Source: Nymphaea colorata
Taxonomy: Eukaryota
DNA length: 64,000 bases
Assembly: GCF_008831285.2 (NCBI RefSeq)
Contig: NC_045138.2
Coordinates: 27,528,001-27,592,000 of the forward strand
Reading direction: 5' to 3'
Positions within the stretch are counted from its first letter, which is position 1. The number at the start of each line of letters is the position of its first letter. The notes beneath the pieces were generated by a model. The model was not told where the DNA came from. It saw nothing but the letters and a program-made list of their open reading frames with translations, and did no database searches. The position numbers were made by a program, and so were the translations under genes. This document shows positions 12,543-28,500 of the stretch, piece by piece.

Positions 12543-15381
12543 AATTCTGCAAAATGCAGAGGAATTACTGGAGAACAAGAATTTGCAACACCCAAGTGCA
12601 TAGAAATTCTTCAACCCCTTAATTTATTCTTTTTACCTTGATGTTCAAAGGAAGTTATAATAAAATTAATAATGGGAATTCTAAACATAGAAATGTAAAG
12701 AAATTAATTTACTTGTATTACATATTGTGGGAGTCATGGTAAAGTTATACAGGAACTGTAAAACTGTGACTGTAAGAATGTGACGGATTTGGGAACATGA
12801 TTTGTTTGAAATGGTCTTTGTTCTTTCAGTTTTCTGAGATCCTTCCGACGGGCGTCTGCCAAATTGCAGAATTTGAAATGGAGAAACTCCATTGATGCCT
12901 GACGGGCTTTACCTTTTGCCCTCATAAATGCAAGCTCAGATTGTCGGACGGGAACCATAACATCCTGGAAACTGTCAAATAGAGGCCTCTGGACAGTCTT
13001 CTTCAAACTCTTTTTCCTTTTACCTAATATTTTGTCACAGTTGAAGGCTCTCCCTTTACCACGCGGGAGAGGAGAAGAGAATGCAATCACTTTTCTTTGA
13101 TTCAATTGACCAAAACAATCCGAGGAAAATGGATCGTGGTAAGGAAGATTTGAGCAGCTTCCAAAAATTTAGATGTGATGGAAAAACCAACAATGCGACA
13201 CAGTTTTCTTTAATAAGGGTTAAAAGTGTTGGATCTGGCATGGAATTTTAGGTAGGTCCGTCTTCGTCCCGGTGTAGACAAAGAGTGCCTTTTCTCCGTT
13301 ACGTAAGCAAGACGAAGCCTTCCTTCTTCACAGTTCACTGCTGAGCGATCCAAACAAAAGTCCGGGGACATACCGAGTCGACCGGTCCATGTAATGACTC
13401 CCATAACTCACCTACGTTGATTCTTGAGGACCATGTGGTAATGAGAAGAGTAACAAATTGTTTGATGAATATGGTTCAAATTTTGGTGACGATAAGAGTA
13501 ACAAATTGTTTGATGAATATGCTTTAAAGATTGAAACAGATTTGTAAAACATTAAATTCAGTAAAATCGTTGAAACAATTTCATGAACGAGTAACAAACT
13601 CTTACTGTGTGGCCCATCTCCGAAAGGTCAATTTAGTGTTGAAACTTGAGTCAACGTGGGTCTAGTGGGTCTAGTTAGTTTTATGGAGTAATCTTATGAG
13701 ATCCGAGTTACTACTTTTTGGTCAATTGAAAATTTGTTAACTATATATGATTGCCAAATAACCCCTTGAGTTCTTTGATCCGACTTGCATGGGCGAGCTC
13801 TATGTCTCGCTACTCATGCAGGCAACTTTGTTGCGCCCGAGAATCTCGCCATATTGGTAAGCAAACCGATACGGCTTCGGTACCATCTTTTGACAACATT
13901 CTCATTTAAATTGGCCATAAAATGTTAAAGAAAATAAACATATGAAAAAATAAATAAAATTTAAAATGTAAAATATTTCATTGGGCGAATCGAATCAATT
14001 TGCCACCGATTCGGACAACTCTGTCCCTCTTTGAATCGCTCCCCCAACAAAATGTGGGTAGGAAAGTTGAACAGGCTGGCGGAAGACTTCATCTTCCCCT
14101 GCAGCCACGTTTATCAAAGCGACACATTTTGTCTTCCTCCCAATATTGAACGCGTATATGGTTTTTAACAAGAAAAGAGAGAAGAAAACGACTAATTTGC
14201 CAATAAAGATTTAAATAGATTCTATGCTAAAAGCCTAAAAAAGCATATGTTGGAAAAAGATGATTTTTGCCTAAGAAGGTATGGAACGATAAGGAGAACA
14301 TTGGCATGGTCCATATGAATGAACAAAAATGGCTTCCTTTGGATGTCCGCCACTATGAGAATCATATAGGCTGAATCGATCTGATTATACAAATAAAATT
14401 TATTAATTTAAAAAAATATATATATAGAAACAACTACAAAGAATCGGTGCGGGTTTGATACTCGTTCTTGCGTATCGGGCGAGACATCGTATCGGTCAGG
14501 TCCAAGTGCAAAGGCAGGTGTAGGCACCACGTGGGTGATTACCTACACAATTCAATAAAAAAATATTTATTTTTATATTGGTTCTTTGTGGTAATTTTTT
14601 TCATTTATATGTTGATGCCTCTCTAAAGTTAAAAATTTATTATTAGCACCCCTTAGTTAAAAATTTTTAGGTTGGCTCTTGGTGGGCGGGTTTCCAATTT
14701 TTTATTTTTTTTTTAGTATGGATAAGTCCAATTGGGCACCCGTTAGATTAATTTCGTGGCTGGTATAAAAGGAGCTTCTTCCATGAGTGTCGTATGAAAG
14801 AACCATTGGAGTGATTAAAGTTGACCAAAAAAAATTATGAAGAAAAGAGTGCGATAACGCTTTAGGAGGACCACAGCAACTAACTTATAAACTGCAAATA
14901 TATATATGAAATTGTGATTATGGTTTTTAGAGTCATCCATCTATGATCATATCCAACCATTGATGAATGGTGAAGATAAAAACAATCAAAATTAAAAAAA
15001 AAAAAAAAGTGAGAGACATTTTGTTCATGTAGGCTTTTTACTTTTTTTTCTTCGTGTTTTTCTCTAAGCTACCTATCAGTATCAAATAGACGGCCTTGGT
15101 TAAATAGTCGTTTGACCCTTAGATAGTCAGGCGTTCACTTGTTCATACACACACATAAATCTGTCACCTTTCTTGTTCAAATATGAGAGAGAATGAATGG
15201 GAGGAGGCCGTGGAGGTACCTCTTAATGCCTTTTTTGACGTGCACATTCAAAGATTAGCATTTTGATGTGGACCTTCTAATTTTTTTTTGGTTTTACAAA
15301 GACAAAAAATGACAATTCCAACAGAGTAACTTTAACGTTAAAGCTTAATGTTTGCTCCATTGTATTAAGATCAACTAATTC

Positions 15382-15894
15382 TTGGGGTGAACAACTACTC
15401 GAACTCGACCTGTTAAAGCTCGGCTCATGAACGAGTTCGAACCAAGTCATTTGCTTAATGAGTCGAGCTCAAGTTCATGAGTCGACTCAATCAAATAATG
15501 GAGTTGAATTCGAGCTCAACACATAACTACCAAGTCGAGTCGAACATTAATCGAGTTTGTCGAGCCTTAATCAAGTCGATATATTCGAACAAGTTTATCG
15601 AACCTTAATCAAGTCGTGCTCGAGCTCAACACGTAACGATGAATGTCAATTCTATTCAAACGAGTTTGTCGAGCCTTTAATTGAGTCGAACTAGAGCTCA
15701 ACAAGTAACGATGAATATCAATTCTATTCAAACGAGGTTGTTGAGTCTTAATTGAGTCGAGCTCGAGTTCAACACGTAACTGCTGAGTCAAGCTCGAGCT
15801 GTTTCCGTCAAGCTATTCTTGCTTGAGCTTTCATTAGTTGAGCCAAGCTTGAGCTAACTGAACTCGGGCTCGACTCGGCTCGTGTTCACCCTTA
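15382..15894. mobile_element. hAT-type MITE (CTCGAG/GAGCTC-rich family)
   Basis: TIRs TTGGGGTGAACA / TGTTCACCCTTA (10/12 match). Degenerate 8-bp TSD ACTAATTC / GCTGATTC. The interior is packed with CTCGA/TCGAG subterminal motifs and has an internal ~60-bp duplication. Confidence 0.75.
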
Positions 15895-16334
15895 GCTGAT
15901 TCTAATCGGATCAATGGCAAACCGATTTCAATTAGTACCAGATTCATAAGCATGTGTCGGTTTTTTACATATTTCAAACTTTTTTATCTCTTAATCATTT
16001 CTAAGAAAATACATAATGATGGTTAACATTTAATCATGCAGAAAGATGTTCTTAAAATATGGTAACTTTTTGTACCAATTAACAAGAATACCACCCTTAA
16101 AAACAAAATATCTTTTTTTTTGTTGGCTAAGGAAAGAGCAGTTCTTTGTAATACCTTAACGAGTCATTTGGCAATAGTAACACGTTACTACTATACCATG
16201 AATGGTACTCAGAAGATGAACAGATTCATAGAACACTATAAGAGATTCATAAAACACTATAAGAAGTGTTTCATGAATCTGCTTCATTTTTTTAGGCATA
16301 TTTCATAAGACAATTTGTTATTGTCGTCAAACAA

Positions 16335-16545
16335 CCCTAAAAGGCAAAGGTTGATTGGGTTGGTGGGCTGGGGAGAGCTTGGTTAAATTCTCGTGAGTGT
16401 TATTCTTGGAGACTACAAATGATGGCAGCATAAGACTTTAGATTATGGGTGTATCACAAGTCTACCTAAGTTGCTAAGCAGCCCTAAACTTAGGGGAAGT
16501 AGAAAGAGATGAGGTATTCGACCGTTCTTCGTTCTTCGAGCGGCA
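16335..16545 (+). mobile_element. Degenerate dispersed repeat (SINE-like), related to 3612-3840
   Basis: TTGGGTTGGTGGGCTGG ... ACTACAAATGATGGCAG ... CTAAGTTGCTAAGCAG, colinear with 3612-3840. Confidence 0.45.
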
Positions 16546-17989
16546 GTTCTTTACTGGATATATCTTTGTCATTTTATTGCCAATTCACAATCAGTTTAAT
16601 AAATCAATAAACCGGCAGGTGGCTGCTAAAGTTGTAGGATGATAAAATGTTAAAAAACTGTCACTAAAAACATCAAGCAATAGAAGCCAATTTATGGTGT
16701 TTTTTTAACGATAATTAGTAGTACAATTAGCCACAGATTTTAAACATTAGTCATCCAGCAATATCTAGCATCTGGTTATAACGTACACAGAAAGAAAAAT
16801 GAGGAGAATACATTGATTGCATGCATAGATATATGGGGAAATTGTAACAACCCATAAAATAAATGGCTTGATCTTTTCTCCCTGTTACTAATAAGATCCA
16901 ATAAATAGCAGTAAGAAGATGTTAACTGCTCTCTGTCAATTATTTCGTAAATTTAATCTTTACATGCTAGTTTTGGAAGGAAAGAAAGAACTTAGCCAAA
17001 GCTTTCCTTGAATCTCATTACATATTAAAATGCATTACTGGTATGTTAACTACTGATCAATTTTTTGACCTGAAAATTGCATATGCAGTTGTGCGCGCGC
17101 GCGTGTGTGTGTGTGTGAGAGAGAGAGATATATGAAAAAGGAAGGCCATCTGGCATGGATCGTTATAGAAAAGGACTTTGAAACAAAAAAAAAATGAGGC
17201 GAGCATTAATGGTGATAGTAAGGGTCTCAACCATATGGAAAACAAGCATTCAGCGTAAAAATAATTTCTAGAAATCCAACAACTGCAACAGAAATTTGCT
17301 AATTCTTGCACGTATCGGCAGCACTTAAAGTCGAAATTCTTTTTTCATGAGGTACTAAATATATTATTAACAAATTTTCAATTGACATGAGGCAGCGATT
17401 AAAATCTCATAAGTTGTCCCGAACCCAAGTTCATTTAAGTTTCAATACTAAATTAAGGTTTCAAAGAGTAGGCTTCATGAGCCATATGCCCTATGGAAGC
17501 CCGACCTGCCTCTGACCCTGAATGTAAACCGAGATGACCCTTAGAAAACTGGCCAAATTGGCTTGTATCGGGCCGATACGACCCTAACTCAGCTTATGTA
17601 TAAATAAAATGTTAATATTTTTAAAATTCTATATAGAAAAAAAAAATATTTCCAAAACGGTAGCAAACCAATTTCGACAACAACATTGTGAAAGAGAATA
17701 AATTTTTTGAAGCTACAGTGACATCTTTTGGGGACCAAAAACACTTTGGTCTATCAATGTCTGCGAAAGAGAAAAAGGTTGCATCTAAGCCCAATGTGGA
17801 ACATGCCAAGAGAATTGATGCTAGATCCCTGCTTTCAAAGGTGATGATCAATTTTGGGTTTATTGACAATATTCCCTTTCACATTGTAAGTGTGTTTGAT
17901 GGCAAGAACTATTTCAACCGAATAATCTTTCTACTGTATTGCTAGAAAAGTTTTCCAGGTAAAAAAGTGGGACTGTTCTGGTGCCACGC

Positions 17990-18196
17990 GCCGACCTTCC
18001 TTTGGTCCGTGTGGCATGGCCGTCCTCCTTATCACCGAGAACCTAGTGTCATGGGCCGATGGCCGTCCTCCTTATCACCAAGAACCTAGTGTCATGGACC
18101 AATGGCCTTCTTCCTTGTCGCTGAGAACCTAGTGTCATGGGCCGACCTTCCTTTAGTCTGTGTGGCATGACGGTCTTATCACCGGGAACCCTATGT
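17990..18196 (+). repeat. GC-rich tandem repeat, ~43-bp period
   Basis: GAACCTAGTGTCATGG at 18039, 18082 and 18125. GCCGACCTTCCTTT.GTC.GTGTGGCATG brackets the array at ~17990 and ~18141. Confidence 0.85.
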
Positions 18197-18482
18197 TTTA
18201 ATTCCTCTGAATTGTGAATCTCGTGTTCGAATTCACGAATCACTTGAAGGAAAAGGAAGGGGTGGGGGGAATCCTGAAGATGCCGAAGTTCTTCCTCTTT
18301 TCTGCCTAATCTTGAAGTTTAGAGCTGCTTCGAGACCTGGGTAGGGAGCGGTTAGGAATAGACTTCTGGCATCCTACCTGCTAAGTACCTAATTTAGGAG
18401 GACTTTCTTTAACAAAAAATGTTGCATCACCAATGGGAGGGTATTCCCTAACAAGTAACAAGGCAAAGTCACCTAGTCAGGT

Positions 18483-18835
18483 TAGGGATCCCAAGTTCAG
18501 ACTCGGATCAGATATACGCTTTTCCAGATCTGATTTAATCAGATCTTCTTTATTTGGTTTCAAGGTTGATTTTTCCATTTTGGGTTTTCATACTTTTGGT
18601 TTTTAAACCGAATCCAGATTCACCGGGGTTGAGATTTGATCGGTGAGTATCCAATTAGATAGTGATTTAAGAACAAACAAAACCCAAATCTAGTTCGACT
18701 TCCTATTCAATTTTCTCGATCCCAAATCTGATAAAATCTTCTATTCAAACTTGAGAATATTTTTGAAATCTTGACTGATTCAACAATGTCCACTAATCGG
18801 GTATCTGATCCGAATCCCATCCGTTGACATCCTTA
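18483..18835. mobile_element. MITE of an ATCCGA/GGATC-rich family
   Basis: Ends TAGGGATCCCAA and TTGACATCCTTA form an imperfect TIR. The interior is rich in ATCCGA/AGATC motifs. Similar motif-rich stretches occur at ~37320-37470 and ~39770-40335. Confidence 0.5.
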
Positions 18836-20299
18836 ATAATCCAACATTGGGTAGAACATGTACAACCATGAAAAGCCTGCAATATTTGTCGAATACCCAA
18901 GTCCGAGTGTGAGGACAATCCCTATAAGACCTGCATACGTTCCAATCACTAGATGCCTTCACGCGTAAAAGAGGCACAAGGTACACGCCAATCTACTGGA
19001 TCAAGATACTTCCACCTTACAATTCTCCCATGACTTCCAAACAAGTATGAATCACAAAAATCACATCTCTTCTGCAGACATATATCCAGCTTTATCCCAT
19101 TTTTTACATGAATATTCACATTGGCAACTCAAAAAATTGCTAGTAAGGTCGTGGGTTCAAACTTCATTGTAGTCGATCGCCAGGGAGAGCCCGGTCACGC
19201 TCGGCCAAGGAAGCAGGTTTTTAGGGTTTAAGGTTTTCAAGTTTAATGCTCATAAATCTGAAAGTGACATCATTTCTTATTATGAGAGAAAAATATCAAG
19301 AATAAGCCTATGACATGCCGTGATTTTAAAAGAAAAGGTAGTGCATATCCATATCGAGTCTATTTCATGTCTTAGTCTAGATGAGGTAGTCAGCGGGCTG
19401 CATCAAAGGGTGGTGTCAAGGTCCCACAAGATTGACCTTCACCCATCAAACCTTGGCTTGGTTCTTCAGGTTCACATAGAGCCAACACCCCATATCTTGG
19501 TCAGGCACTTGGGTCCAGACCGACCTTTTGGAGTGGATGGGTACAAGAGACATGTATGACAACTCCTAGCCCTGGCCGCAAACACGCGACATGCTCACGA
19601 CAAACCGAAGGTAGACCCAGATCTAGGCCAAACGCGGAGCTTATCTCAATCTTATCCACAAGTGTACCCAAGTCCTGGTTCAGATCTCTCTTAGGATGGC
19701 CAACATTTTGACTACATTTTCATAGACTACGCGCTTCTTTGGCGAGCAAATCATACGATCTGTCAAATCACATTTCGAAAGAGATCTACGATTTTCACCG
19801 TTGATTTTGAAGATAGACGGCCGACATTAATACGAGCCTTGATTGCGTATTTTTTTCGATTGGCCTTGCTTCTTCTGCATTGGAAATGGTTGGAGATGTG
19901 ATCAAGTCAAAGGTGATGGTGTCAACTATGAACCCTGAATTCAATGTAAAGTTGCCTTTCCACATCGCGAATCAAACGTTTGATTTCCCATGTCGGCTAG
20001 GTACGTCGAAAAAGTTTTTCCGTTCACACTATGTAAGAGTACACACAACAAGTGGACCCAAGGCACCCACTTTCCATTTTGAGCGTCAGAGGTGTCAACC
20101 TCCTATGCTGCAAAAAAAGGGGTCATCGTTGCATAAGTTGAAACGCATAAAGGGCGGCACCCCAAGGCATTAAACACAGGCCATGTACCTTATGGAGACC
20201 AGGGATTGGGTAGGAGTTGTGGCTTTCTACCAGGCGGTGGGTCTCACTCGGCAATCTAGCATACACTCAACTTCAGCCTCATGGCAAATATGTTAGAAG

Positions 20300-20675
20300 C
20301 TCTGGCCCGAGCTCAGCTCTATGAAACGCGAGAAAACTCGAACTCGGCTCAGCATACTCGAGAAAACTTTAGCTCAGCTCTGCTAAGCTTGAGTCTATCC
20401 TGGCTGAGTATCAAAGACCTCCAATTTAGAACATTTACTTGGCTGAGGAAATAACATCTCTTGAAAAGAAGGCCTATCTTAAACTGTTCACAAAGGTGTC
20501 CAAGGTAAAAACAGTTTGTACATATGGGCTTTTAATGAGCTTAGATGAATGGAGTTTACTTAGAAGGAGCTCAACATGTTTGACTAATCGAATCAACCGC
20601 TTGGCTCAATCTCAACACACCTAATAAACAAGCCCGGATCAAGCCAAGCTTAATTTGACTCATTATGCAAGCCTA
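20300..20675. mobile_element. Degenerate MITE of the CTCGAG/GCTCAG-rich family
   Basis: Repeated ACTCGA/GCTCAG/AAGCTT motifs, ending ...TATGCAAGCCTA. Boundaries approximate. Confidence 0.4.
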
Positions 20676-22215
20676 ATAGCAAGAGATGTTCACTCACGGC
20701 ACTTGAACTCATGGTGTCCCGTCAACTTGGTGACACTGTGACAATCTTCAATGTTCTTTCTCCCAGGAATCTATGTTTTCCATGTGAAAATTGATTTTGC
20801 GTAGGCAGTTTAAGTGATCTCCTACCATCGATTATATTGACTTGAGCCAAACTTTTGACGCCAAATTCTGCCGCACTAGCTTTTTTTTTCTTTCTGCATC
20901 AACATGAATGAGTCATTGACATGTTCGTGTTATGAAAAGAGTTCGATAAGAAATTTTTTAACTTTTCACTTTCCTACGACGCACCCAATCCTTTTTTATG
21001 AACTAAAATCTCGGTTGTGGTCCTCTGAATGGGAAAATCTTTCCCCCGCTTCATGAATCAAATGCTCTATTCCGTCCAGAACTCTTTCTCAAATTACAGA
21101 ATCAATAGCTTCATGTCATTGAACAAGTTTTCTCTCTTAAAATCTCGAACCGGTGCTCTAAAGTAGCTTCTGTTTCACAAAGAAAGCAATTTTTGCCATG
21201 GTTATAAATTGCCTTTGGCAATGAATCAACAATTTGATGTGTTCTCCTTGTTGCTTGATAAACTATTGTTCTTTTATCAATGTTGAAGCATCTGTTTGGT
21301 AAGCGTTTTGGTCCTTAGAATTCCATCATTGGGATAAAAGAAAAAAAGACGACTCCCACAATATCTTCGGTGATAGTTCTCTCCTTCCTCACCCTCCCAA
21401 CACCCCCTTCTCTCTCTTTCTCTCTGTGAGCATTTTCATATCAAACACAGGCAAAAGATTCATATGTAAAAGTATGAACATCAGAACACCAGACATACAA
21501 ATATTTCACTGACATGGTGCTAGCAACCTCTCATTGCTTACATAATTTTGTTGACCTCCAACAAACATGACACTCCTGGACCAACCAAAAGTGCAGAACT
21601 GCACTGAGCTAATGTCTCCCCACCATTGTGCACTCACCTAAGAAAAAATGGCAGACTTCCAGGTGGGCCATGCCACGCCCACCTATACGCGCTTAGGTCC
21701 ATTCCTGCTTTCTGATATGGACCATGGTTCGACCTGTGCATGGCAAGGCTTGAAATGTCAGTGACAGAATCCAGGAATCCTCATCGGGCAAGCATCAGGC
21801 TCAGCCTCCATGTTCTGTTTGAATCTTACCTCCTCCAAGCAATTGCAAGTCTAATCCCTTCCCTCCCAGAAGTCCCATCTAAGATGGCCACTGTCTCAAT
21901 GACATGAAGTTTAGGTTACAGCGCAGCGCCAAGCTATGAACCTTACCTTGACTGCTTCTGGTTTCGTTGCATATGCCATACATCGTTGTCATAAAGTGAC
22001 AAACAGAATCATAATGGTCCATATCTGCTAAGCGAAACTTCATTTCCCTCGAGTTTAAAATGCTCCAGGCTTTCAGCCAAACCAGAAACAGCGTGGAACA
22101 AGGAAAACACTGGAAAGACCTGGTCCTACACTTTTGGTCTGATCAATTTGTCGGCGGGATTCGCAAGCCCATGCTTGGCTTTATTTGAGTTTCAAAACCA
22201 GGCCCACTAGCCCAT

Positions 22216-22238
22216 TCTCTCTCTCTCTCTCTCTCTCT

Positions 22239-22271
<33 letters not shown>

Positions 22272-22279
22272 AGTGTGTG
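22216..22279. repeat. Compound (TC)n(TG)n microsatellite
   Basis: Direct reading of the sequence. Confidence 0.9.
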
Positions 22280-24630
22280 AATTACCATCATTCAAAGATC
22301 AAGTTAAGGTAGATCATGCGAGTTCGCTACAGCCACACAGTAGCACTTGCATTTGAAAAGCACATAACATGACAATTCAGAAAATGAAAGAGGCCAAAGG
22401 CAATCAACTCCACATGTATGTGAGGGTGCCAGGAAGTCAACATGTAATGTATGACACCACACATTGTTTAGGTAGAAATGGAAAAGAGCAGCAGTATGAA
22501 CCAAATGAAATGTAAATAATTCATTTTTCTTTCTTCAAAAACAAAAGCTTCTTTTGGATCTATCCATAATTCAAACAATTTTGACCTGTTCCATCCATAA
22601 TTCAGACAGTTTTGTCTTCTCAAATGTCGCCAGTGACACATCTTTGGATCAATAATTCTATGTAAAGGACCACTTGGCTAGACGACCTGATGTTCTCATT
22701 CTTTCAAGTTTTCTGTTGAGGTAAATTCTGCAGCGTGTCCAGTGGGATGAGACCAACTTTAACTTCTGCAAGTCAATAGCCCAAATTGCACTTTGTACAA
22801 AAAGCACCTCATGGTGATATAGAATCTTCTCTGTCAAAAAAATGGACCAACCAATCACTATGGATTGCTTTACCTATGGGACAAGGAATGACAGAGAAGC
22901 CATGAAAATATTGAGGTAATTTCGAAGGAAACAGTATTGAGTTTGTAGAGGCAAGGCAAGAGCAAATACCAATGGAACTTCTCCCTGCTAACTCTGCAGT
23001 CATGAGCACATTTACGAACACTAAAGGCCCGTTTCTTGATACCAGTCCAGCCTTACCGTTACAAAGCTAATCAAACATATGCCTAGTCAGACCACCCAGT
23101 TTTCAATAGCCCTTTTTCCTGAGTAGTAACAGAGCCAAGACTTCTATGTTACTCGTCTAGCCAGTTTTCTGCTCCTCCATTTATCATCAGGCAAGATAAC
23201 AGAGATGTATACTTCTACCGGGCAAATTGTGACAGTCACACTGCCACCAAGTGCGTGTGTGTGTGTGTACACTGTACATACACCAGAGTTCCCTCTTCTG
23301 TATGGGCATTTTCTGTCAATGAGGCTAAGTGGCTAACAGTGGCTGCTTCCTGTTTGAAAGATTCTACATCATTGAGAACTGAGGGAGACAACAGTTCTCG
23401 CGCACACTGGCACTTCTGATTGAAGGCTGCATGCAACTGAATTATTTCGCCAGGGGCAAAGGACATGTATTGGATATCGATATCCTACACCTTCTCTCAC
23501 TTCGTGCCACTCCTTGAGACCCCCCCTGACGACTCCACCTGGTTCGCAGGATTGGTTAAAAGAGAGAACACTTACACCAGTTCTACTTGTCGAGAAGAAT
23601 CCTCGTTTATGCCAGGGCATCCGTTCAGTAGGTAGGGCTTCTTCCGCTCCCGCCGAGGCTTTGGTATAGTGTGGAGGGCTTCAGCTATCAGGAAAGCAAT
23701 TGAATTGCAAAACCCAAGAGGGTAGATCCCAGAACAAGTTAAAGCATGCATAAGCTCTATGAGCGAAGGTACTTACTTGAGGACCTTACACTTTGAGAGT
23801 ACAAACTAAAGCTCACTGCGTAATTGCAGTTTCTTCTTTAAGAAACGGGAGATTGGTATAGTTTTCCTTATTATAATGGATAATCCATTGCCCACCAACG
23901 AGGAAAATACTTGATCCCAAACTCAATCCAAGGCTATTCGAGATTATAATTTTTTGGTTGTTGAAAGCACAGAGGAATCATGCATGTGTATGTCCTGCAT
24001 GCATATGGACAAGCAAGCATGCATATGCAAGTAAATATGCGAGCATTAGCTCTTCATCGTGATGAAATTCGAGTCTACCAATCGGCACATTTATAGGCCG
24101 GAATCAATCGTTGCATCATTTCTCACTATCCTTGGCGGTTTCAAATTATTTTAAAAAAAAAAAAAAAACCTCGAAACGGGTGACCACAATCCATTGACTA
24201 CATGAAGCTCAGTCACAGTACCAGGGAGAAGCTACGGAGTAAAGGAAAAATAAATGGACAGCAGTGACACCACTGAACCTTGTATTGTTATTTGTTACTG
24301 CTATCCATTAGAAAGTAAATGGGCAGCAGGAACACCAAAAGATTAGAAGTTCCGGTAGGCCCTAGCAATTAGAACTTGAAATTGAAACAAGAACAGGGAA
24401 TATAGCATACAAAGAAGACATAGATGGTCCAATGGATAGCAATTCCAAATATTTAGCTAATCCAAGTAAACAGCGGCACAAACAGAAACTCAAATACAAA
24501 ATTAAGGTCCGAGCAATTAGATCAGGTCTCCGAACATATTCTAAGTGATTTGAACTTAGAATTTATTTTAACACAGTGGATGGTTCCTGTTTCAGACTCT
24601 GACACACCCATGTTGCAGAGATGAAGGTAT

Positions 24631-27810
<3,180 letters not shown>

Positions 27811-27865
27811 GGCTGACGCACGGCAGTAGCAGGCGAACGGTGGGGGGCAGACGAAAGGGGCTCGC

Positions 27866-27873
27866 TATTTATA
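27866..27873 (-). promoter_or_regulatory. TATA box of the PSST gene
   Basis: TATAAATA on the minus strand about 55 bp upstream of the ATG at 27810, implying a very short 5' UTR. Confidence 0.6.
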
Positions 27874-28029
27874 TCTCCTCCGAACACCGGGGAACACCAT
27901 TGCCACGCGAACGGACGGGATTGCCAACTGGGATCGAGATCCAAAACGTATCCCTTCCTTTCGTATGGCAAATTTAGTTATACGCGCTATAATGGTGTTC
28001 TTCATACGTGCATAAGAATTTTTTAGTTT

Positions 28030-28500
28030 AAAGATGTTGAGTTGAACGAACTCGCATTTGAACTCAAACTTAAAACTTGCTAGGTCCACTCGCACTCGAC
28101 TAGAGCAGTTAAACTCGTACTTGACTCGAACTCACTTAATTAAGCTAAACTAAGCTTGACTTGAATTCGACTTATTTAATAAATAGGTCAAATTTAAGTT
28201 AGAACATCAACTTGTCGAGTTCCATGTCAGTTGATGGTAAAAAAAAATGTAGAAGACGTTTCTATGTCAAGATTCTTGAGTGGTTTGTCCCGTGACTAAC
28301 ACAAGGAAGGTCTAGAGTTCGAATTCCCACGTATAAAAGTGAAGAATATTGCAATAAAAAGAGGTTAAGGGAGAGAGAAGGACTGGTTGGCTCGAATAAA
28401 CTCATACTTTGAACTCTAGCTCGAGCAGTTTGAGTTGAGCTAGGCTCGACTATCGCCTGTCAAGGCTTAGTTGGCGCAACTATCTCATGAACACCCATTA
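28030..28500. mobile_element. Degenerate CTCGA-rich MITE in the PSST/COA3-like intergenic region, interrupted by a SINE-like insert
   Basis: ACTCGA/GCTCGA motif clusters at 28040-28220 and 28390-28500 flank a motif-free segment containing a Pol III B-box-like GAGTTCGAATTCC (28315-28327). Confidence 0.45.

Noticed and set aside
12734..13105. 123-aa minus-strand ORF downstream of ACS
   Set aside because: No homology I can recognise, and a non-ATG start.
13445..13522. Short direct repeats (AAGAGTAACAAATTGTTTGATGAATATG x2; also ~16222-16280 and ~22560-22620)
   Set aside because: Ordinary small local duplications with no further structure.
17990..18196. Regularly spaced repeats superficially like a CRISPR array (also 8599-8921)
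   Set aside because: Eukaryotic context, the intervening sequences are themselves repeats rather than unique spacers, and there are no cas genes.
23576..23684. Peptide EALHTIPKPRRERKKPYLL, vaguely like the N-terminus of APO proteins
   Set aside because: The flanking frames contain none of the expected APO zinc-finger motifs; the similarity is too short.
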